Source: Macrostomum lignano (Eukaryota). Taken from it: a stretch of 64,000 bases of DNA. The position numbers and the translations under genes are program-made. Below, one piece after another: positions 1-11,000 of the stretch; positions within the stretch are counted from its first letter, which is position 1; each line of letters starts with the position of its first letter. A model generated the notes under the pieces. It ran no database searches. It had not been told where the DNA came from and saw only the letters and a list, made by a program, of their open reading frames with translations. Location: contig NIVC01001129.1 in the NCBI GenBank assembly GCA_002269645.1, forward strand, positions 124,001 through 188,000. Reading direction: 5' to 3'.

Positions 1-559
1 ACCCGGGATTGACGCTGTCTCTGCTGCCTCTTAATGACCAGTTAGTCGTGGTGACATGCTAGTGAGCCCTGCTGACACCTCATCCTACAAAGGCCGCAGC
101 CGCGCTAATGCAATCATCATCCAGTGCGCAGTCGAGGGAAAAGTAAAACAAAAAAGTATAAAATACCGCCCGAGGTGAAACACAAAGCGGGGCGCCTTGA
201 CGCCGGGGCTGAGGCCCATTAGTCACGGGGTTTTGGGCCAACGAGTTTCGGGCTCAGGGAAGATTTTTACTTTCAACTAATCTTCTTTCGATGAGATTAA
301 AGACACGGCGGCTGTGCTAGCAGACTTAAGTAAAGATAAGGAATGCAAGGAAAGTAATGCTCTTGACGTTATGTTTGACGTTAGATCGGCAGTGCTAGGC
401 AGGATTATATAGATAGAAAAAAGTTACGGAGATATGAGAGGTGTGGATGCTACCTTAATGGGTTGTGAGGTGGATAAGGGAGATAAGGTACATGTAGTAG
501 ATAAAGTGGTAGTTAAGTATTTTAAGGTAGACAAGGTAGATACCAGGGTAAAGTAAACA

Positions 560-990
560 TAGCAGATTAGATAAATAAGGTAAATAGGGTAGGTAAGGTA
601 GATTAGGTAGATAAAGTAGATAAGGTAGATAAAGTAGATAAGGTAGGTAAGGTAGATAAAGTAGATAAGGTAGATAAGGTGGATAAAGTAGATAAAGTAG
701 ATAAAGTAGATAAGGTAGATAAGGTAGATAAGGTAGATAAGGTAGATAAGGTAGATAAGGTAGATAAGGTAGATAAGGTAGATAAGGTAGATAAGGTAGA
801 TAAATTAGATAGAGTAGATAATTTAGATAAAGTAGATAAAGTAGATAAGTTAGATAAAGTAGATAAAGTAGATAAGGTAGATAAAGTAGATAAAGTAGAT
901 AAGGTAGATAAGGTTAGATAAGGTAGATAAAGTAGATAAGGTATATAGATAAGGTAGATCAGGTAGATAAAGTAGATAAGGTAGATAAAG
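560..990 (+). repeat. 9-bp tandem repeat (gataaggta/gataaagta) with decayed 5' flank
   Basis: Direct reading; explains ORFs 603-1061 and 679-921. Confidence 0.95.
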
Positions 991-1398
991 TCGCACAGTA
1001 TCCATTCGGCATATCTTGCACTGAGCTCACCCCAGGTGACCCTCATATATTTCCACCTCAACTCCCCGACGCCCTATCGGAAACTGGACTCCGCATCAAA
1101 GGCGGATTCAATTACTTGATCCTTCAGCCGCTCAGGAGGCCAGAGTAATCCCGCAATGGACTCCCGCAATGAACTCTTGAAACCCAGGGGAATTGAGGGT
1201 GCACAGTGAGTGCCATCCAGGTAACAGGATACCCCTGGCCTAAAATGTTGCATAATTCAATAATTTAACAGATTTAACAGATAATCAATCAGATGATAAA
1301 CTGTGATAACATGTTCAAGACCATCACGCTTTGGTATAAATTTCTGAGTTTTCTAAGAAACAAATCAATAAAATCCAATGCCCCTGCAACAAATTCAG

Positions 1399-2042
1399 AG
1401 TGTCTGGATCTGCGTCAACTGCAGCAGGGACAGAGACAGCGGCAAGTGGCAGCGGGAGGAGCAGGAGCAGCAGCAACAACAACAGCAAAAGCAACAAGAG
1501 GAGGAGGAGAAGAAGAAAAGGCAACAGGAAGAGGCCGAGAGAAGCGCCGAAGAAGCAGAAGAGGAGACACGGGAGCAGAAGCAGGAGCAGCAGCAGGAGC
1601 AGGAGCAGACAAAAGAGGACACTGCTCCTAAAGAAGATTCGTCAGAAAAGCAAAAGCAACAACAACAGCAACAAAAACCAAAGCAAAAACCGGCCGGTCA
1701 GAACCCGCCGCTGAAGCAGCAACAACAGCAGCGACTGCCAACTGAATCTGTCGACAAGCCGCCCGTGAAGCAGCCGGCAAAGCAGCAGCCTAAACAGCAG
1801 CAGCAAAAGCAGCAACAGCAGCAACAACAGCAACAAAAGCAGCAGCAACAAAAGCAGCAGCAGCAGCAGCAAAAAAGTCAATCGAAAGATTCTTCGGCGC
1901 CTCCTAGACAGACATCGACAGCGTCCGAGCGCTCCGGAAAATCTGCCAGCGCTTCGCCGGTGACGCGAACTGCGCAGCCTGGTGGCGTCAGCGGCGCAGT
2001 CAGCGGCGGCAACCGGAGCGCGTCGCAAGACTCAGCACAGAG
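1399..2042 (+). CDS. RIMS/unc-10: RIM exon: end of Zn finger plus Q/E/K-rich low-complexity linker
   Basis: ttcag|AGT GTC TGG ATC TGC GTC AAC TGC (SVWICVNC); donor AG|gtgagc at 2043. Confidence 0.85.
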
Positions 2043-5000
2043 GTGAGCGAGGGGGAGGGTTTGCAGGCAGCCAATCAGGGGGAAGTGGCTCCCTAATCAA
2101 TCAGAAGTTAGTGGCTCCCCAACCAATCAGAAGTGAGTGGCTCCACAACCAATCAGAAGTTAGTGGCTCCCCAACCAATCAGAAGTGAGTAGCTCCCCAA
2201 CCAATCAGAAGTGAGTGGCTCCACAACCAATCAGAAGTTAGTGGCTTCCCAACCAATCAGAAGTGAGTACGCGTAGCTCCCCAACCAATCAGGAGTGGCT
2301 CTACAACCAATCAGGGGAAGGCCAACCAATCAGGGGGAAGTGGCACCCCAACCAATCAGAAGTGAGTGGTTCCCCAACCAATCAGAAGTGAGTACGCGTA
2401 GCTCCCCAACGAATCAGAAGTGAGTACGCGTAGCTCCCCAACGAATCAGAAGTAAGTATCTCCTCAACCAATCAGAAGTGAGTACGCGTAGCTCCCCAAC
2501 CAATCAGAAGTGAGTACGCGTAGCTCCCCAACCAATCAGAAGTGAGTGGCTCCACAACCAATCAGAAGTTAGTGGCTTCCCAACCAATCAGAAGTGAGTA
2601 CGCGTAGCTCCCCAACCAATCAGGAGTGGCTCTACAACCAATCAGGGGGAAGGCCAACCAATCAGGGGGAAGTGGCACCCCAACCAATCAGAAGTGAGTG
2701 GTTCCCCAACCAATCAGAAGTGAGTACGCGTAGCTCCCCAACGAATCAGAAGTGAGTACGCGTAGCTCCCCAACGAATCAGAAGTAAGTATCTTCTCAAC
2801 CAATCAGAAGTGAGTACGCGTAGCTCCCCAACCAATCAGAAGTGAGTACGCGTAGCTCCCCAACCAATCAGAAGTGAGTGGCTGTACAACCAATCAGGGG
2901 GAAAAGGCACCCCAACCAATCAGGGGGAAAAGGCACCCCAACCAATCAGGGGGAAAAGGCACCCCAACCAATCAGGGGGAAAAGGCACCCCAACCAATCA
3001 TGGGGAAGGGCTTCCCAACCACTCAAAAGTGAATAGCCCCCAACCAATCAGAAGTGAGTGGCTCCCCAACCACTCGGAAGTGAGTTCTCATTGTTTAAAG
3101 TTAAGTTTAGCAAAATTTTATTAAATTAAGGCCAACTTTAATCAGTTGTCAAAATTACAAATAATTAATATACAATAAATAAATTTTCTGCTTCAGCGGT
3201 TACGAGTCGGCATCGAAATCGATCGACCGATTGCCAAGGTAAGCCCAGGCTGTTAGTCATTCACTTGTACCTGAGAAATATCTTAGCAAAAAGCATCAAG
3301 AAGATTATGTTTGAGGCAAGAATTTTCCCAGTAAGGTTTATTGATTTAAATTAGGTTAAAAGCTACATTAAGGTCGTTCATATATGAGTATGAGTAGCGT
3401 GCGACTTTAAGACATGAAATAGCTTTAGGAAGGAATTAAAAACATTTCCCTTGCGAAAGAAATGAGGCTGATAGCTCTGATCGGGCGCATTTCCTGTCGT
3501 GACAGAATTATCCGATACGTGATATGATTGAATTCAGTAGACTGATGAGAGAGTAGACTGATGAGTCAGTAGACTGATGAGTCAGTAGACTGATGAGTGA
3601 TTAGACTGGTGAGTCAGTAGACTGATGAGTCAGTAGACTGATGAGTGATTAGACTGGTGAGTCAGTAGACTGATGAGTCAGTAGACTGATGAGTCAGTAG
3701 AGTGATGAGTCAGTAGACTGATGAGTCAGTAGAGTGATGAGTCAGTAGAGTGATGAGTCAGTAGACTGATGAGTCAGTAGACTGATGAGTCAGTAGAGCA
3801 AATATCCCCCAAACCGATTTGCAGGCAGTCGCTGACTGACAGCAGCGGTGGCGGCAGCGGCCATCGTCAACGTCGACCTACTGGCAAATTGCCGACTCCT
3901 CCTCCTCCGCAGCAGCAGCATCCGACCCGGTCTTCCAACCAGCCGCAGTCAACCTCGCCCTCGCAGTCTCTCGCCTCATCTTCTCGTCGATCGCTGGGTC
4001 AGCAGCCGCCGCACAAGCAGCAGCAGGAGGAACAGCAGTACTCCAGACGATCTCCCAGACATTCGTCAAGCATTCAAGCGGCACCGCCGGTGGCCACGAA
4101 GCTGTCGGCGGCGTCCCTGCCGGCTGGCCGGTACTCCAATCGCCGACACCCGCCCGGAAGCGTCGGCAGCAGCGGCGGCAGCAGCCAGACGACCGAACGT
4201 CAGCGTAACACCGCCCGACGGCACCAGTCGATGAGCTCGGATCCGGGGAACAACGGCAGCAGGCCCGGCGACCCAAGGAGGCGTCGGCATCATCGATGGC
4301 CAGCGGCGCCGAGCGGCCATCGTAGCTCCAGCGATGTCGGCGATGAAGATCCAGACTGCACTGACAACGACGCATTGCGAGATTTCACTGAACATTATTA
4401 CTACGACGATAATGACGATGACGATGAGTTTGATGATGAAGAAGACGAGATGCTGGGCGGCGGAAGTCCCGACTATCCAAGCTGGGACGAGGCTATCGGC
4501 TTCTGTTGGGGCGGTAAGGCGCTCAAGGACTGCTGGGAGTGACAAGGACTTTTAGACTAGAGATCTGGATTGACTCAAGAGTTCTAGACCAGACTCCAGG
4601 ACTTCTAGAATAAAGACCTCGATTGAGTCAAGGACTTCTAGAATGAAGACCTCGATTGAGTCAAGGACTTCTAGAATAAAGACCTCGATTGAGTCAAGGA
4701 CTTCTAGAATAAAGACCTCGATTGAGTCAAGGACTTCTAGAATAAAGACCTCGATTGAGTCAAGGACTTCTAGAATAAAGACCTCGATTGAGTCAAGGAC
4801 TTCTAGAATAAAGACCTCGATTGAGTCAAGGACTTCTAGAATAAAGACCTCGATTGAGTCAAGGACTTCTAGAATAAAGACCTCGATTGAGTCAAGGACT
4901 TCTAGAATAAAGACCTCGATTGAGTCAAGGACTTCTAGAATAAAGACCTCGATTGAGTCAAGGACTTCTAGAATAAAGACCTCGATTGAGTCAAGGACTT

Positions 5001-8000
5001 CTAGAATAAAGACCTCGATTGAGTCAAGGACTTCTAGAATAAAGACCTCGATTGAGTCAAGGACTTCTAGAATAAAGACCTCGATTGAGTCAAGGACTTC
5101 TAGAATAAAGACCTCGATTGAGTCAAGGACTTCTAGAATAAAGACCTCGATTGAGTCAAGGACTTCTAGAATAAAGACCTCGATTGAGTCAAGGACTTCT
5201 AGAATAAAGACCTCGATTGAGTCAAGGACTTCTAGAATAAAGACCTGGATTGAGTCAAGGACTTCTAGAATAAAGACCTCGATTGAGTCAAGGACTTCTA
5301 GAATAAAGACCTGGATTGAGTCAAGGACTTCTAGAATAAAGACCTGGATTGAGTCAAATACTTCTAAATCTAGGCCAGAGATTTGGATAGATTCAAGGAC
5401 TTCTAAAATAGAGTTTTGAAATATTGAAATTTTGATAAAATTTTGGGTTTGTTTAAATGTACTTTATCAAAGTAAAATACCGGATACAGTTTTTAGGGAG
5501 AAAAAATTATCGTTTAGTCTGTTTAAGCAAAACAAAAAACAAAACGGTTTCCTTTTCATAAAATTGCAGAGGCCGACAGAAGAAATCCTGAAGCGATTGA
5601 TGCTAAAGTGAAGAATTTTCTCTCAGTGAGTTGCTTGAAATTGCTGACACTGAGGTTGAACAGCGTCAGTCTTACCAAAGTGTTTAAAACAGCCTCCTAA
5701 TATTCGTGGCTCCAACAGCCTTCCCGAACTAGTGCAGCCCCGAAGCAGTGCCCCCTCCCAGAAGCAGTGTCTCCCTCCCCGAAACAGTGCCCCCCAAAGC
5801 AATTGCTCTGCTCAAAGACAACTCGTTTCCAACACTTCTCAAGTCTGCGAGAAGCACGATTGGTAAATATCAAATCCCCTCCCCGGTCCCAGCCCAGCAC
5901 CTGCGCTCTCTTATCTAACCTGCCGCACTTTAATCAAATCAATAATCCTGTTGCACTTTAATCCACTCAATAATCCTGTTGCACTTTAATCCACTCAATA
6001 ATCCTGTTGCACTAAATCCAATCAATAATCCTGTTGCACTTTAATCCACTCAATAATCCTGTTGCACTTTAATCCACTCAATAATCCTGTTGCACTTTAA
6101 TCCACTCAATAATCCTGTTGCACTTTAATCCACTCAATAATCCTGTTGCACTTTAATCCACTCAATAATCCTGTTGCACTTTAATCCACTCAATAATCCT
6201 GTTGCACTTTAATCCACTCAATAATCATGTTGCACTTTAATCCACTCAATAATCCTGTTGCACTTTAATCCACTCAATAATCCTGTTGCACTTTAATCCA
6301 CTCAATAATCCTGTTGCACTTTAATCCACTCAATAATCCTGTTGCACTTTAATCCACTCAATAATCCTGTTGCACTTTAATCCACTCAATAATCCTGTTG
6401 CACTTTAATTCACTCAATAATCCTGTTGCACTTTAATCCACTCAATAATCCTGTTGCACTTTAATCCAATCAATAATCCTGTTGCACTTTAATCCACTCA
6501 ATAATCCTGTTGCACTTTAATCCAATCAATAATCCTGTTGCACTTTAATCCACTCAATAATCCTGTTGCACTTTTATCCCGCAGCACCCAGTCACGTGGC
6601 AGTTATCAAAGGATGGCAGCCGCCTCATTGGGCACATGCTATTAAAGAAGGACACGGATCGGGCAGGAAATTGTGTAGACTTGGGTGAGTCAGTATATTT
6701 TTATCATCTATTTCTACTGTTAGGTTTCATCAAAGCGAGACTACTGTTAGTAAAGCAAATCGATCAGAAAATAGATTCACGGAAAAAAGTGGCGCCAATA
6801 GTATTTGAGGTTTGTGTTCATTTCTGATTTTAATAAAATCTTCCTACGAAACTCTGGGAATGAAATTTGCACAAGCATTAGGGAGAAAAATGAGCAGTAA
6901 GGAGAGGGGAGAGAAAGAAGAGGAGAGAAGAGGACGGCACATTTAATAGCTCAGGCGCTGACACGATAAAAAGAACAAAAAAAGTCCATATTACAGGTGC
7001 GGACATTTTGAGTTAGGCTATTCTTCGTCAGGGCATCAGAGAGAGAAGGGAGAGAAGGGAGAGAAGGGAGAGAAGAAAGAGAAGGGGGAGAAGGGAGAGA
7101 AGGGAGAGAAGGGAGAGAAGAAAGAGAAGGGGGAGAAGGGGGAGAAGGGAGAGAAGAAAGAGAAGGGAGAGAAGAAAGAGAAGGGAGAGAAGAAAGAGAA
7201 GGGAGAGAAGGGAGAGAAGAAAGAGAAGGGGGAGAAGGGAGAGAAGGGAGAGAAGGGAGAGAAGATAGAGAAGGGAGAGAAGAAAGAGAAGGGAGAGAAG
7301 AAAGAGAAGGGAGAGAAGGGAGAGAAGGGAGAGAAGGGAGAGAAGGGAGAGAAGAAAGAGAAGGGAGAGAAGAAAGAGAAGGGAGAGAAGGGAGAGAAGG
7401 GAGAGAATGGAGAGAAGGGAGAGAAGAAAAAGAAGGGAGAGAAGAAAGAGAAGGGAGAGAAGAAAGAGAAGGGAGAGAAGAAAGAGAAGGGAGAGAAGAA
7501 AGAGAAGGGAGAGAAGAAAGAGAAGGGAGAGAAGAGAGGGAGAGGAGAGAAGGGGCGAAGAGAGTAGGGAGAGTGGGAGAAGTGAGAGAAGGGAGAGAAG
7601 GGAGAGAAGGGAGAAAATGAAAGGAGGGCACACTGGATTAAAACACAATTAATACGCCATAAAAACACTGGCAGGCCTTCGAGTGCTGGGCGGCCGTCGC
7701 AGTCTGGCCGTGAGCTCTGGCCGAAGACGCCGAGGCGCCTACATTGTCCGGGTTCGGCCGGACAGCGTGGCCGACCGGGTTGGCGACCTTCGAGTCGGCG
7801 ACGAAGTTCTGGAATGGAACGGCCGATCGTTGAAGCGGCTGCCAAAACGGGAGGTGGCCGACATCATCGCTGACTCCGAGCCTGACACCCAGGTGGAGCT
7901 GATAGTGCAACGACTGCTGTTGGAGTGAGTGACCTTAATTCTATTCTTATTATTCTGTTCTATTCTATTCTGTTCTATTCTATTCTGTTCTATTCTATTC

Positions 8001-11000
8001 TGTTCTATTCTATTCTGTTCTATTCTATTCTGTTCTATTCTGTTCTATTCTGTTCTGTTCTATTCTGTTCTATTCTGTTCTATTCTATTCTGTTCTATTC
8101 TATTCTGTTCTATTCTATTCTGTTCTATTCTGTTCTGTTCTATTCTGTTCTGTTCTATTCTGTTCTATTCTATTCTGTTCTGTTCTATTCTGTTCTATTC
8201 TATTCTGTTCTGTTCTATTCTATTCTGTTCTATTCTATTCTGTTCTGTTCTATTCTGTTCTATTCTATTCTGTTCTGTTCTATTCTGTTCTATTGTATTC
8301 TGTTCTATTCTATTCTGTTCTGTTCTATTCTGTTCTATTCTATTCTGTTCTATTCTATTCTGTTCTATTCTATTCTGTTCTATTCTATTCTGTTCTATTC
8401 TATTCTGTTCTATTCTATTCTTTTCTGTTCTATTCTGTTCTATTCTATTCTGTTCTATTCTATTCTGTTCTATTCTATTCTGTTCTATTCTATTCTGTTC
8501 TGTTCTATTCTGTTCTATTCTATTCTGTTCTATTCTATTCTGTTCTGTTCTATTCTGTTCTATTCTATTCTTTTCTGTTCTATTCTGTTCTGTTCTATTC
8601 TGTTCTGTTCTATTCTGTTCTATTCTATTCTGTTTTATTCTATTCTATTCTATTCTATTCTTTTTTACGTTAATCTTCTTACAAAAAGTTATTACTTAAC
8701 ATTTACCCTATTTCATTACTTTCAGTAGTTTTAAGCGTTTGAATTGATCCGTGTAAGCAAGCTGAAAGTCAAAACATTCATATTTCCAACTCATTTGCTG
8801 TTTTAGAAACAGTCGTCACAAAGGAACAACTGGAGACTTAATGGAGCCCAGTGAGTCCGGCAACTGTTGATTTCATTCACCTTAACCCTCACCGATTACT
8901 GTTCACTCCATTCACTCAATTCACTCAAACACTCACTACCGTATATACCTGATTCACTCAAAGCGTCACTATTCACTCGATTTACTCAAGCCCTGACTAA
9001 TCACTCGATTCACTCAAACCCTGACTAATCACTCGATTCACTCAAATCCTCACTAATCACTCGACTCACTCAAACCCCCCTATTCACTCGATTCAATCAA
9101 ACCCTCACTAATCACTCGACTCACTCAACCCCCCCCCCCTATTCACTCGATTCAATCAAACCCTCACTAATCACTCGATTCACTCGATTCACTCAAACCC
9201 TCACTTATCACTCGATTCACTCAAACCCTCACTAATCACTCGATTCACTCAAACCCTCACTAATCACTCGATTCACTCAAACCCTCACTAATCACTCGAT
9301 TCACTCAAACCCTCACTAATCACTCGATTCACTCAAACCCTCACTAATCACTCGATTCACTCAAACCCTCACTAATCACTCGATTTACTCAAACCCTCAC
9401 TAATCACTCGACTCACTCAAACCCTCAAACCGCACGCCAGACTACATGCTAAACTACGATGAGGAAGCGGCTGGCCCGTCGCCGTCTCATCTGCTGTCCG
9501 CAGGCCGCATCCAGCTGCGGCTCTGGTACGACGCTGACAGCGCCCAGCTCACCGTCAGCCTGCTGTGCGCCTTCGGCCTGATGCCGCTCATGGACGATCA
9601 ACTGGCGAATGCTTTCGTGCTTCTGTGCCTTCTGCCTTTTATTGAGTAAGCGCTTGAGTTTACTGCGTGTTTTCTTGGGGATTTTACTAGTTCGTTAGTT
9701 CATGAGTGATTTCATGAGTGAGTTCATAAATAAGTTCATGAGTGAGTTCATGAGTGAGTTCATGAGTGAGTTCATGAGTGAGTTCATGAGTGAGTTCATG
9801 AGTGAGTTCATGAGTGAGTTCATGAGTGAGTTCATGGGTGAGTTCATGAGTGATTTCATGAGTGACTTCATGAGTAAGTTCACGTGATTTCATGAGTAAG
9901 TTCATGAGTGAGTTCACGAGGTCATGGGTGAGTTTATTAGTGAGTTCATGAGTAAGTTAATGAATGAGCTCATTAAATCATGAATGAGTTCATAAGTTAC
10001 TGAGTGAGTAAGTTCATGAGTGAGTGAGTCAGTAAAGTTCAGGAGTTCCTGAGTGAGTGAGCTCATGATTTACTGAGTGTGTTTATGGGAATATGTCTCT
10101 CTCCCCAGCCGCTGCTCCTCAACAACAGGAATATCCCAGTTGCTGGGAACGACTCAATTCTAGCAACCGGAAAAAGCAGGAAAAAAACTTAACAAGAGCA
10201 AACCGCAAAGACGTTCTCCAGCTGCCTTGGCGCCTCCCTGCATCCCTCTCTCACCTGTGTCCACCCAAATTCCTTCTCTCCTCCCCCGTTCCACTTTCTC
10301 TAGACAAGCTTAGACAAAGTTTTCAGAGGACTTAAAAAAGGCAGTGAACGAACGGCTCGCATAGAGTGCTCCGCATCCCACCGGGGCGTTACTTGAGAAT
10401 ATTTAATACGCTTTCCATTGGCGGACTGGCCAACAGGGGAACAGAACTTCTCTGTCTCTCCCTCTACCCCTCCGTCAAATTGTGGTTGCACTTTAAAGCC
10501 ATTCACCCTTGGCAGATGTGTATAACTAGTAATAACCATCAACTGTCCGGCATGACAGGCCACCCGGCCGATGTCCGAGACACGTGTCCGATGGATTCAT
10601 CAAATTAATTAGTATTTGGCCTTGGCCGCTCAATAGCCGACACTCCCTGCTTCTCTTATTTCCTGTATTAATCACCAGTCATTGGTAAACTGTGCCTCCA
10701 TGGATTCATTATTCTAATACAACTGCATCCACTGCATTTCCATTGTTTCAATTTGCTCTGTATGCTTATGCAAATAGCGCGCATAACCAGATTTTATTGC
10801 ATCCCAACAAGGATGACGCTTGTCTGATCTACCCTAGACACTGATTCTGATCTACCCTAGACACTGATTCTGATCTACCCTAGACACTGACCCTGATCTA
10901 CCCTAGACACTGACTCTGATCTACCCTAGACACTGACTCTGATCTACCCTAGACACTGATTCTGATCTACCCTAGACACTGATTCTGATCTACCCTAGAC

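Noticed and set aside
1030-1240. Possible LINE RNase H relic on minus (WV...HCG) or an upstream RIM exon
   Set aside because: Motif match too weak; no phase-0 exon with Zn-finger cysteines found in 1-1398.
4643-5419. 258-aa IKTSIESRTSR repeat ORF
   Set aside because: Translation of a 33-bp intronic array; no synonymous variation and no linked splice sites.
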